Both the position numbers and the translations under genes were made by a program. This document shows, piece after piece, positions 39,861 to 53,150 of a DNA stretch of 64,000 nucleotides. The number at the start of each line of letters is the position of its first letter. Positions within the stretch are counted from its first letter, which is position 1. The DNA is taken from NCBI GenBank assembly GCA_044892525.1, contig CM097885.1, positions 24,182,001-24,246,000 of the forward strand, given 5' to 3'. The notes under the pieces are model-generated. The model did not search any database. It was not told the DNA's origin and worked only from the letters and a program-made list of their open reading frames with translations. This DNA comes from Schmidtea polychroa (Eukaryota).

Positions 39861-40382
39861 TTAAAACTTTTAATATACTGAAAAATATGATAAGAGTTTT
39901 TGGAATTTAGTAAAAATCGTGCTAAATGTTTTATAAAGTAATTTCAAGTGAAGAAATAAATAAAATGAGTAATAAGTTTAAAAAAATAATTTTTGATATT
40001 CATAGATTATTTGCGAGTCATTCCTGGTCAAATGAAGCGGAAAATTCAAAGCGCGGAATTCATTTAATTCATTCGTCAACGATATTCTTTTCCCGTAACT
40101 GAATATGGAAATTTCTTATACTAATAATTAATATTCGAAATAGCTATTAAAATTTTTAGGAAAATTTAATAATTATATATTTTGCATTATATTTTGCAAA
40201 AGAAATTAAGTTTAATTTTAGTTTAATTTTAAAATTTCTCTTTTATTTCGAAAATGGATCAATGTTTAAAATTAAATTTCAAAACTGTCTTTTTTAAATA
40301 TAATAAGGCTGAAAATTTATGAAAACTAGATAAAAAACATTTAATTGAAACAAATTTAAATGAAATTTAAAAAACTTGTCAA

Positions 40383-40603
<221 letters not shown>

Positions 40604-41399
40604 GAAGTAATGAAATAATCAAATAAATTAATAGAAATAGAAAGAAAAATTAGAATTGAACTATATTTGTTAAAAGTATATTCTCAATAATATATTCGTA
40701 CGTTTGTTATAGTTTGTGTGCTATCTTGAGTAGATTAATAAGTTTTTATTAATGATTATGTAGTAGAAAAATACTTAAGAGCCCAGCCGAGTCTCCTATA
40801 AAAAACTGTCTCGGGAGAGCTGGGGTGAATGTATGTAGTGCGGCTACAATATAAATAATAATAAACAATATAAATAATAATTCACAAAATAATAAAACTA
40901 AAAACCTTTAATTGCCGGACAAAGAAAAGTTAGAAATGTTCTAGGCTTGGATAGGTCACGATATAGTAACTCAAATCTTCGTTGAATAATGTCTTTGCAG
41001 TATTGTTTTAGTGATTGAATCTCGCTTGATTATTTTTCGATGTTCTTTTATTATTTTCTAGGCTTTTTTCTGTTACTTTTTCTTTTCTGTTACTTTTTCT
41101 TTTCTGTTACTTTTTCTTTTCTGCAACAATCGATGTTTTCAGATTTTCGCTTAATATAGTCTTATTATTTTCTAGGTTCAGTTTCAAATACTTATTCTTT
41201 TTTCGTGATAAATAATATTTTCTATTTACTAATATCCAATTTTTTTTTATTGATTTTTTATTTTTTTGATCAATTTTTATATATCGATAATTCACTATGG
41301 TAAATTATCGCTATATAGTTTTTTATCTTCTTTTACACACAAGGTGCGCCAACCGAACCAAACAACAAAAAATATAATTTAACAATACATTACAATATT

Positions 41400-43010
41400 T
41401 ATAATTAAATGAAGGAGAGATGTGAAAATTCGGTCAGGGATAGAATCGATAGTGTAAAGAAATAAAAAGAGAACAAAGGTGGGAGAAAGTGTATAATTAT
41501 AGGTGAAAAGAACAGAAATGTGAATTGTGAAAAATCGATAAAGGATTCAAATATTTGAATTGAAATCTGGAAAATGGGTCATAGGTGGAACAAGTAGCGA
41601 TGAATAACACGGTGATAGTGGAATTTTCAGAAAGTGCCAGGAAAAGTGTGAAAAGGTGCATAATAATTTAAAAACAAGAAAACTAAATAGATTAATTAAT
41701 TAATTAATTAGCGAGTAGAAAGAAATCTCGAGTTGGGTAAACAAAAACAGAAGGAAATTTTGGGACCCATTATCTGTCGCCATGATTAATGGGCAAAGAA
41801 CAAGAACAGATAATGTGTATAGAAAATGTTGGGGTTCAACAAGAGAGGTACAAAAATAAAGTGAAAAATCAATAAAAACACTAAATTCACAATAATAATT
41901 TAAAGTACAATATATTAATTTAAAAAAATCAAAAATTAAAAATAATATTTTCCGGAGGAAACTGGTATGGGTGGATGCCGAATAATGAGACCAGTTCAAC
42001 TACAATAAAATAAAATCAATGAGGGTCCCTATAAGGAATAAATTACAAAAAGCAAAAATTAATTAAAAATTAATTAACTAATGGATAACCCGAGCTTGGT
42101 AACCTGAGACAATGGAAAACCCGACCGATTTGAGAAAACCTGAATTATCAATCAAATTAGGAAAGGAAATTAAATTAGCCTACTAAAATTAAATTGGAGC
42201 GAGCCGTCAAAGGAGACGGGCAAATTCCTCGAAGCGAATTAGAGCTAAAGAGGAAACCCGGGGGAAGTTGGATCCAGACTAATTTGACAAAGTAAAATCA
42301 ATTACAAAATGGGTAAAAAGCGAACGGCAAGAAAAATTGCCAGTTGGTCGAAGAAAAAGAAAACAAGAAGTTTATCGAGAGTGACAAAGAAAACTTTGAA
42401 GTTAGTATCAATTGAATAATTTAAATCGAACGTACCAGAAAGGCACATCTCCCGTTGGAAGATTTATCCCTGTGTAAGATTTGTAGTTGTATTGAAAAGT
42501 GCAGACCAAAAAGGTTTTGTATCAAGTGTGGTTGAATTAATAAAAAGTATAACCAAAAGTGTAACTGTATTAGTCTCAAATAAAGATTTTTTGTGTTGGG
42601 TTGTTTATTTAATTTCGAAAAAGACACAATGGAGTCAGACAGTAGTAATTATTAATTACCGTAGTAATTATTACTATTGTTTAAACCATTCTGGGTGACC
42701 GCCGAGGCAGAGATGTGGAGCTTAATGTTAGGAGAAAGATTTGCCGGCGATAATCATTTGTCATCCAGATTTGGAAGAGTATTAAAGGAATGAAAAAATC
42801 AGAACAAACGCGCATTAACCCCAGATAGGGATTTTAAGAAGAAATGTGAGACTAGGTGAAGGTATTCAAAGCGGAGTGAAACTTATTGGAAGAATCAAAG
42901 ATATTAACGAGGTCATTATTATAAATATTTTAACAAAGTATCATCACCGAGCGGAGGATCAGTCAAACTCGTAAAACTTTGGTCATTGATTATTTTGTGT
43001 AGAGATTCAA
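41400..43010 (-). mobile_element. Probable decayed non-LTR retrotransposon (L2/CR1-like); related fragment at ~31030-31320
   Basis: Weak motifs only: KPFWS, QLPPGFL and HRVIH near the 3' end. 42944-42990 is repeated at 31231-31278. No RT core is recognisable. Confidence 0.4.
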
Positions 43011-43069
43011 TATACGTTCAATATATGTTCAATATACGTCCAATATATGTCATGAGTGCTGAGGTATAT

Positions 43070-43830
43070 GACCTACCCGGAACACCATATAAATTTAGAG
43101 GTTCAAAACCATTATATGCAATGCCCTTAGCACGGAATTGCTGAAAATAATCTACTAGGAGGAATACGTAAGTAAAGGTATTGTCACATATTGTCACGCA
43201 AATTTATACAGTTTTGCTGAGTCCAAATTAGTGGTGCCTTAGCGTATTCATCTTCAATAACATCAGACCAAATAGGAGGCAACTCATAAGTTGTCTCAAG
43301 AACATCCAAAAAAGTTGCAAAATTATAAGTAAAAACACCTTTAAAATTTATTATTTACCAATCAAAAACAGATGAAGTTAAATGAAGGTCTGAAAGAGTT
43401 TTCAAAGCTTTGGCTAAAGAACAATTAACAAATTGCATACTATCAATAAATCGAATAGCGAATTTGTTAATATTACTTAATCATCGAAAAAATATTTTCA
43501 GTTGTTATAGAGATGATATACAATTCCCAATATGGAAAGCCATTGAAACCATGTTTTAAAATATGGTGTAAGTCATAACCTCTTAAATTGTGAAAGACGA
43601 CAGGTTCTGCGAGCTATATTACACTTTTTGCATGCTGCACCAAGATACATACCAGTAAAATGACCATATCTCAAACTGGATTTTATTAAACTTTTTACAT
43701 AGATAACAGTTCATACAAGAGTAAAATTGGCGTTCCTCAATGAAAGACTTAGCTCCCAACAATTTTTTACCTTCAAGATCATAATATGATAAGACAATTG
43801 TGACAGCAATTTCCTCTATTTATTAGGAAA
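43070..43830 (-). mobile_element. Polinton/Maverick PolB exonuclease-region fragment (decayed)
   Basis: VFHNLRGYDLHHI, IRFIDSMQFVNCSLAK, KGVFTY and EPLNLYGVPG motifs. Confidence 0.8.
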
Positions 43831-45544
43831 TTGCAGGATATAATCAATTATTCTAAAATGAAAATACGATTTTGAATTACTAAAATCGTATTAATATCTG
43901 AATTAAGTCACAAGAACGAAAATTTATAGGTACTTTAATTTCAATCAAATCATCTACAGAAAACTGTATTCCAATAAGAGGATCGTTGAATGATTGTTCA
44001 TAATCCAAATCTCCAACCGAAACTTTATTTCCAAATCCCAATCAATTTTCATTTACAATAAAAATAAAAAGTACCAATTCCTCGCGTCTGTGTGCGCATA
44101 CTAATACGAACACAAGTCTGACAATAACGCGCACACAGACGCGATTAAAAACGCCAAAATCGGCCGAAACAATATCTTTAGGTAAAACCTATTCAATATA
44201 CGCTAAATTACGAAAGGTGAGCAATAGTTTTAGAATAATTTGGATAATATAAATTTTAATTTTTGGGTAAAGTGTAAAGGTTTGATTTTAACAACATAAA
44301 GCCACATGTTGTGTGAAAGCACTGTCTAATCGGAAACCATTAAGATAATGTGGACATCAATGACATTTTATTTTGGTATTACAGTCTGGTTTTGATGACA
44401 GTTCATTAATCGTTGAATACTGGTTACTGTGGTGTAATGATACATATCCTTATTTTCTAACAACAATAAATAAATCGGATTACAGCCAGTGACTTTTGAT
44501 CTATGAATAAAAACAATTTTCAGGAACATCATCATCACTATCTACTATCACAGTATGAATATGAAAAAGGATATTTATAGCCAAATTAACTGTACGCAAG
44601 CTGTCCTGCTAACCACTTCTGGGATTTTACTTTCGAATTCGGAACTCTTTTCTTTAACTTTGCCACTCCACCGAAACTTGCTTCGAAAACTTTAATTTAA
44701 AATTAGGTAATGAGGGATTAGCACCCATTGTTTATGATTGATTTCTTATAACTCGACCTAATGATGATAATGCCAATGGTATTAATGCACCAATTAATCC
44801 ACGTTGTTGTTAATATATAATTTTTCTCATTTGTTTACAATTTTTATTAATTATTAACGATAGCAAATGTTTCTTGTGTTTATTTAATAAATGCGTTTTG
44901 GATTTACTGTTTTTTATCTTACCATTACTTTGAGTATAGTATAAAGTGATGATTTCTTGGTAGCTGCATTTATTATTTAAAACAATAAAGTGATAATTTA
45001 AGCTTTTGGCTGTAAATAATGTATTTAATTAAAAGATTTTCATAGATTGACAAGGACTATTTATAGTCGAAAATCTTTTCATTAAATACATTTTTCGCAT
45101 CAAAATACTTAGATTATCACTTTGAGTATAATATCGAGTAAATCATCGACAACCAAATTAGGAAATGAATGCAAAATCGTCATTCTTTTCATGCTCAGTG
45201 CGTTTAACAAAACGTGAAACTGTGATGATTTTTAACAGTTTTGACATGTTTCGTTTTCTTATTCTTCTTATTATTAGGTTTAAGATTTTTTGAAATAAGA
45301 TTCATTACAGGAATATATTCAGTTATACTTTTTTTAGATGGAGTATAACTAGTTTTTGGTGAAAAATGGATTTTAATATTCTTTTTAATATTTTTTCTAA
45401 GGTTTTCAACCCATTCATTTAAAAATATTTATTACTCAAACATGTTTTCAACTTTGTTTATAAACCATGGAACCTTCTTTATTGAAAATATCAGTTTTTA
45501 CCCGTAAATCATCAAGACATTGTTGCGTAAAATTAAGAAATATA

Positions 45545-46406
45545 CAGGGTTTCCAAAAAAGTTTCATCCTTTTCCAGAAAAGTTTCATCCTTTTCCAAAA
45601 ATGTTTCATCCTTTTCCAAAAAAGTTTCATCCTTTTTTAAAAACGTTTCATCGACAAATATTAAAATAAATTAAAAAGGAAGTACACGATTAAGGTAATT
45701 ATTTAAAAATCTTCATCAGCAAAAGATATTTGGGTAAAATCACACGCGTATTGAAAACGTTTTGCTTTATTCTCAGTCGTATTTCGTGCCATAGGAACCA
45801 ATGTAACTCTCTTAAAGCTATAATGGAAAGCTTCAATTGCGTTGGATATTGTACTTTTTGATAACGAAACGTTGAATTTTTCTAGTATTTTGGATTTCAA
45901 GGTGTTTAAAGTTATTGAAACTTCCTCGTTGATTTCGTTTTTTATAAAATCAACCTGCTCCGGCGTTATTTTCTTCTTTTTCCCGCATTTTTTGATTGCG
46001 GATTTTATTCTTCCAGTTTCTTTATATATTTTAATGACAGCTGTAACCGTTTTAACATTCAATTCCAACTCTTCGGCAATTTTAACACTCGGTTTTAAGG
46101 CATTGTATTTTCCGCATATAAGTTCTCTGAGATGGTCAGTGAGTCTTGTTCTTGGTGCCATTGGGGCTTAAATATGCTTTATTATATCCTCAAAAATGGC
46201 GGGAAATTTAAAGAATTCATAAAATAACATTGATTTTATCTTTGGTTTTTCATTAATATTAATATTTCTACATTTGAGGTTGAAATTTTGTGGAAAAATA
46301 TGAAACTTTTTTGGGAAAGGATGAAACTTTTTTGAAAAAGGATGAAACTTTTCTGGAAAAGGATGAAACTTTTTTGGAAAAGGATGAAACTTTTTTGGAA
46401 ACCCTA
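45545..46406 (-). mobile_element. Tc1/IS630-type internally deleted transposon, with TIRs built from 21-bp tandem units
   Basis: CAGGGTTTCCAAAAAAG... at 45545 and the inverted copy ending at 46406 (terminal base mismatched), with TA on both sides. ORF 45703-46161 encodes only the HTH N-terminus (IAEELELNVKTV...SLSKSTIS...YSFKRV); no DDE domain. Confidence 0.88.
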
Positions 46407-46439
46407 TATATTCGTGTGACAATTTTGTAGCATCTTGAA

Positions 46440-46850
46440 ATGCACTGATTAGAAAATTACGATTATACGGATATGCTTGTCATTCAAAATAATCAATAAA
46501 ATTTGCATCTCTAAAATTCGTGAAAACAGCTAAATATTGAATATTCAAATAACGTGTTGATTTTGGTAAATAAATTATTAAAATTCTTTTCTTTATTAGC
46601 TTCTTGATACAAATCATCGATAATGATGACATCACCGTTTTTTAATCGACTTGACCTGTTTTTATTAAATCCATTTACTATTTTCATATATTTCAACTTA
46701 CAAAATTATCTTGAGTCAATCCATGTTTTTCCTCTGCATTCCGGTGTCAATAAATCTTGTTGAATTTTGTTTTGAATAATTGAACCTTTAATAACTTCCA
46801 AACAAAAAATGTTTTTCCACTACCGCATGGGCCAACAATTTGTTTTACCG
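46440..46850 (-). mobile_element. Polinton-type (A32-like) packaging ATPase fragment
   Basis: Walker A IVGPCGSGKTFFV (~46800-46840) and Walker B IIIDDL followed by NLFTK. Frameshifted. Confidence 0.7.
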
Positions 46851-48261
46851 CATCATTTCTTAATTCTATCATTAAGCTTTATAAATGTAGTTTTTAGTTT
46901 GTATTTTACAATTTTATGAACTCAAACTAAAATTTTATATAAAGAATAAAATTTCATAGATCATTTATTAATGTTATCGAATATAAATTATTGAGGTAAT
47001 TTCGATATGTCAAAAATGACGATCCCCAGCAAATTGTCGATAGAAGTGGAAAAACCCAATAATATTTTTCGAATCAGGTAAATACAGAAAAATGGTCTGT
47101 AAAAAGCCATTGGATAATTATAATTTACAATATCGAATAAATAATATTAAAATTCAATCAATTACTGTTACTATGGATATTGGATATATTATCAATATAT
47201 ACAACATGTCAAGAAAATATCATTGTATGTTTGAACCAGAATTATTTCCTCTCTGACACTTTTAAAATTAACGTGTTAACGTGTCTACTAGTGGTAAAAA
47301 AGTTGTACTAAAATTTCGGAATTTTGAGTACAAAGATGTTACTAACATTCAAAAATAAATATTGGTGAACCTCTGATTAGTTGTTACTGGATTGGTTACC
47401 TGTTATTTGAAAAATAATGTTTATTCATTTCATATCAGTTTTAAAAATGTACAAGATTCTTAGCTCTATTTAATTAATTAATGAGATTTATCATTATGGT
47501 AAATTATTAATTACATTTCTATAATAATTTATTTTGAGATGAGTATTCTGCAATTATAATCGAGCGGTTGAAGTTTAATTACCCAAAATTGAAAGTTGTT
47601 CTGAAAGATAAAGCCATGCAATCGATTCCGGAATTGGAATACAGCGAAACCAGGATTTGGATGTTCGAGCTTATTCATCAATTCATATGTTATATTAAAA
47701 TCTATTAAAATCAAGAATGAGCATAATTAAGTGCAGTTGATGTGCTGACAGATATCAGCTTTATTTTGAATGGGCTTAGTGAAATCTCTTCGAAGATTTC
47801 ATTTTTCAAACATTTTATCAAAATAAATTTTAATGTTTTTATTGTTTCTTGTTTTTATTATATGAAGCGCTAATAATAATAATATTGATTGAGTTAAAAA
47901 GACGACTAATAAAATTACGCTTTTATTTAATAAATTTGAAATAACTTAAATTGTGAATTATTTAAACAAAATTCATGTCGTTGATAAATCAGATTTTTTA
48001 ATAATATTAAAACATTATTAACATAATAATAAAAAGAATATTAATAATCACATAAATATAGAAGGGATTTACAAATAAAATAGAAATACATCATGCGTGC
48101 AAATTAAATAAAGAAAAATTACTTAAATTTGATTAAATATTCAATATCTTTGTTAGGTATAAAAACTCGATACCATCTTATGTAAGTCATAATTCACAAT
48201 CACAAGAAACTTGAGAGATACGAAAAAAAAAGTCTGCAAGGTTTATATGAGCAAAATCATT

Positions 48262-49843
48262 TTACTTCCTGATCCATGATGCATCTTCGACGATTTTTCC
48301 TGATATTTCTAACGCAACTCCTAATGCCAGATTGCTCGCATCGCACCAGACAATCGTAGATCCATCCTTGTTTACGTGCCACTCACCAGTCACAGGATCG
48401 CTCTCTTTCACACGATACATCATTTCGTTAACCATTTTTAACGCGATTTTTCCAATCGTATCATTCCAGCACTGTGACGTTTTATATAGCTACTTGCTAC
48501 TCTTAACCATCCAGCAATGGCATAGTGCCCAACGAGTTGACCGCAGAGGGAAAATAACTCCCTTCTTGACATAGTTGTAAACGCACTGTGTGGCAAAATG
48601 TGTCCACGATGCCACGTACGACCGTTAATACTTGTTTGAAGCTGGAGACTTAGCACTCTTGCATCATCAAACTCCTCCGGTGGCTTTGTAATTAGCCCGT
48701 ATGCTGCTAAATGGCTTATTACTTCATTGACGTTTATTCTTGACTGGTTGACAATAATGTCATCAATATAACTATCCGTTGCTTTCCTTATATCTTCTCT
48801 TAAACTCAGTACCTTCTGTAATATTGTTGACATTATTTTCGGAGCCACATTTAAACCAAAACCGAGTCTCGTTAGAAAGTATCCGTTCCCTTTGTAACTA
48901 ATCCTTTGGTGCTCCCATAGGTCTTCATCAACATGTATCTGAAGATAAGCATTTTTAAGATCAATTAAAATAACCTGTTCGCCCATCATTCGCCTTCGCC
49001 TTAATGATTCGCCACATACATCGCTTTGTCCAGCATGGCTACTAACATATTTATTTAGTTCTCGAAAATACATCACTGGACGAACTTTTCCTTTGTTTGT
49101 TTGCTCTACTGCAAATAACGGAATTTTTCCATACACGACGTCTTGCGTTGGAATTAGCCATCCTTCTTGAATCCACCGTTCAACCTCCGTGTCAAACTTG
49201 TGCTGCAGCCCTGGATCGATTTTATAATTTGAAATTCTATTCAATAGTACAGCTGGTTCTGCTTTCCATTTCCATTTCACGGTCCACTTGCCGTCACTGA
49301 ATGCTGCCGAAAAATCACCATCTTCAATTCCCAAATTCTCATTTAACTGATTCTAAGCCACGCACAATACGTTTTCAATACCTGGAAAAGATACACCGGT
49401 CTTGTCAATGTTAAGACCTCCCAGCATCCCTATTACGTCCTAAAATCATTTCAACATTAAGTGGTAGTTTCAGCAACGAAACACAATTAACACTCAATAA
49501 ACTACCACCAACAATCAGCTGAACTTTCACATGATACACCCATTCCGTATAAATAGTTTCTTCGCAATTCTGGCTGACACAACTGATTTGGAACATCCCG
49601 AGTCGATCAATGCTTTCACGGACTCCCCATTGATTATGTCTGAAATAAACTGCAGCGCCATTATATTCGTGCTAGAGTAGACGCTGGCGCACGCGCTACT
49701 CCTTTGCAATTTCCCGACTCTGAATTCCCGGTACACTCTTTGCAATGTGACTCTTTTCTGCACATAGTCAACACTTCTTTCCTTGTTTCTTGAAACAACG
49801 TTTTTCTAGATGGCCATTCTTTCCGCAATACGAGCATTTCTTC
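48262..49843 (-). mobile_element. Gypsy LTR retrotransposon internal remnant (gag knuckle, protease, RT, start of RNase H)
   Basis: KCSYCGKNGHLEKRC; ALIDSGCS; IDLKNAYLQI...RLGFGLNVAP...YIDDI; VWCDASNLALG. Gypsy domain order; frameshifted; no LTRs found. Confidence 0.92.
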
Positions 49844-51252
49844 TAGTGATTCATGAATTAATAAAGATTCTCGAGTTATTGAAGAAATTTTCTCAGATGT
49901 TGAAACTGTGAATGTCCCTAAACATTAAGAAAATACAAAACATGAATATAATGGTTTTTGGATTGTACTGATCGTATTGTAGAAAATATAATGAAAGCAA
50001 CATGTGTGGATGAAAATTATGCATGTATTATTCAATAACAACAAAGAAATTTAAACATTTATTATAATTTGTGATAAAGTATATTAAAAAACTACAGAAA
50101 CACTAATCCAGAGGATAGTTTAAAAATGTTTTTAAATATACGAATATTTTGATCCGAATTCTTTCTTTGTGACGTCACTGTCACCAGAGTAAACCATCCA
50201 CAATTGGCATCTACCCGTGAAGCAATTTTCGAATAAATAATCTGAATAGAAATATTAATAATTTTAAAATTAAAATAATATAACTCAGCAGACCATTGAA
50301 AATAGTTTTCATAGTCTAAGCCTGATTTCATTAAGATATTGTTCATGTTTACGAACCCGATGATTGTTCGAGTCCAATTATTTTGATCATTTAACAATAG
50401 ATCAAATATTGATTTGAAGAATATTCTCTTTTGCTCCAATGTCTCCAAATTTAAGATTAATTGATATTCCTTAGAATGTGACTTCTATTAGCTTCTTTGT
50501 GTGACTGACCAAGTATTGGAGGCAACTGAGGGTTTCATTGTTCGGATTATGACTGAGCAGCTCATTTAATAAATTAATATAAATTTTGTTTGAGACATTT
50601 TATGATAAAGTTTTGAAATATTTGATTATTTATAACACATTTACCCAACAAAATCTGAATAAATAGTCTTATGATTAAAAAGAACATTTGCAATACATTT
50701 GCATGACAAATAAAGACATGTACAATGCAAATGCGAAATTAAAAATTATATAATAAATACAATTTGTTATTTAAGAATATACCGGCATGCATGGTTATAT
50801 AAATTTGACCATCCATAAACCTTTCAAAATGACCCTTACGATACCCATGCAATACCTTGGATCAATACAATAAACATTTATTTGTAAATATCTTGAGTGA
50901 AACCCTTCGAAATGAGCTATTGATCACCCAAATACAATGTCAGAAACTTTCAATAATGAACTTTGAGTTAGCGGTCACTTACTTTTAAAATAAATTTTAA
51001 CTACATAATTTGTCACAAAAAATTTATATTCCTAAAGTTGTTGAACTATCTTTTAATTATTGCTGATTACACACATACACATAACCAGTTTTCTACCCCA
51101 TACATAATTTTCTTCTTTGACCGAATATTTATTGAAACTATATATAATGTGTATATATGATCTACTTATTTAATATATGTATATACTGTACTGGAGCAGA
51201 CACAATGACGATGTGTGTATGTTACCTACATATTTAAAAAAACTATATAGTG

Positions 51253-52566
51253 CAGGGGTGGGCAAACTACGGCCCGCAGGCCGCATGCGGCCCGTATGCA
51301 TGTACATGTGGCGATCCTATGCGAAATTAATTTTTTTGTTTGGAGCTTAGACTTGCAGTTTTGCCTATATTTTTGAAATGTATTTCTTATTGCTTTGATT
51401 CGAATTTATGGATATTAAATCGATTTTATGGCTCCAGAATATTATTAATTACTGGTCATTACTAGTTAACATTGAAACTGCTTTTCCGCTCAACCAGAAG
51501 AGGATTTTATTTACAATTTACATTTTGAAAGGCTTTGTAAAAATTGTAATTTTAAAGCGAATAGACTTTGAATTACCCATGAGTGTTGCTAAAAAAAGAA
51601 AGATTGAAGATGAATGTCGTGTTTTTAATGTCGAATGGACTGCTAAATACTGCTTCACGAGCGTTGGGAGCAAATCAGTCTGCTTGCTGTGCCGTGAGTG
51701 TGTGAGCGTCTTTAAAGAGTACAACTTGAAAAGACACTACGAAACAAGACATTTGGATTTCGGGCGCAATTTAACAAACGTAGAGAGAAAAAAGAAATGC
51801 CAGGAGTTAGTTAATAATTTAAAGAAGCAGCAAACTGTTCTCACCAAACATTCTGTAATACAAGATATTGCAACCGAGACCAGTTTGATGCTGTCCCATA
51901 AGATTGTAAAACGTAACAAGCCCTTTTCTGACGGCGAGTTCATTAAGGAATGCTTGTCAGATGCAGCAAGCATTATGTGTCCAGAACAGAAAACAAAATT
52001 TGACAGCATTTCTTTATCAAGGAGAACCGTAGTCAGGCGTGTTGAAAAGATAAGTGACAATTTGATGCACCAACTTCGAGATGCAAGTAAAGACTTTTTG
52101 TGGTATTCTCTTGCATTGGACGAAAGTACCGATGTACAGGACACAGCTCAAATGTTGGTATTTATACGGGGAATAAACACTCGTTTCGAGCTTACTGAAG
52201 AATTACTTAGTGTTGAGCCGCTCAAAGACACAACCACAGGCCAGGATTTATTCAACTCTGTTTCTTTGTCTTCATAATTATTATGATGTGTAACAATAAA
52301 ATTTTGTTGGAATAATTATGAATAGTAAAATCTTATTCCCAAATTAGCAATTCGTTTAGTTCCTATTTGAAAATGTAATGTGCATTTGTAATAGAGTGGG
52401 AATGTGAAATAAGCTGACAAATACATGACAATTCTCATCAATTCATATTTTCATAAGTTGTAAAAATTGTAACTAAAGTAAAGTAGTAGACAAAATATAT
52501 ATGCGGCCCCCGATAACAATCAAGTTTTCTATGTGGCTCTTTATAGAAAAAGTTTGCCCACCCCTG
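51253..52566 (+). mobile_element. hAT (Charlie/SPIN, GTF2IRD2-like) internally deleted element, 1314 bp
   Basis: Perfect 16-bp TIR CAGGGGTGGGCAAACT / AGTTTGCCCACCCCTG. Perfect 8-bp TSD ATATAGTG at 51245-51252 and 52567-52574. The transposase 5' part (probable ATG 51579; BED-type CLLC..HYETRH; SLALDESTD) is truncated at ~52260. Confidence 0.95.
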
Positions 52567-53150
52567 ATATAGTGTGTATATATATATATATATATGATCT
52601 ACATAAATACTTTGAAAATTTTCATGAAAATCATTGAAATTGAGTTGACATACATAAAACTACACATACAAACAGATACACACACAGCCAAACAACCAAT
52701 AGAACATATTTACTCATATATCTGTTTGTAGTAGGTGGATTTGAGCCCTTTACTCCACCATTAGTTACCGCGAACTGGTTAGCAACCACCTCAATTTTTC
52801 AAGGTCAAGTCGCGATTATTGATTTTTAAAATTTTTTATTGATTTTTAAGTTCAAAGTTTTCAAATATTGACGAACTTTCACAAGTTCGAACTGTATACA
52901 AGGTCAAGTCGCGATTATTGATTTTAAAATTTTTTTATTGATTTTTAAGTTAAAATTTTTCAAATATTGATTTTAATGTGCAATTATTGATTAAAAAGTG
53001 AATTTTTACTTTTTTGTTTTATCTCACTGTAGCGCGGGAGTTACATACATAAAACTACACATACAAACAGATATACACACAACCATACAATCAATAGAAC
53101 AATAGAACATATTTACTCGTATATATTTACACACATCCCGCACAGAATCA

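Noticed and set aside
45545..46422. 21-bp repeat arrays as a CRISPR array, or as repeat proteins (ORFs 45448-45630 and 46168-46422)
   Set aside because: The units are contiguous with no unique spacers, there are no cas genes, and the arrays are inverted and form transposon TIRs.
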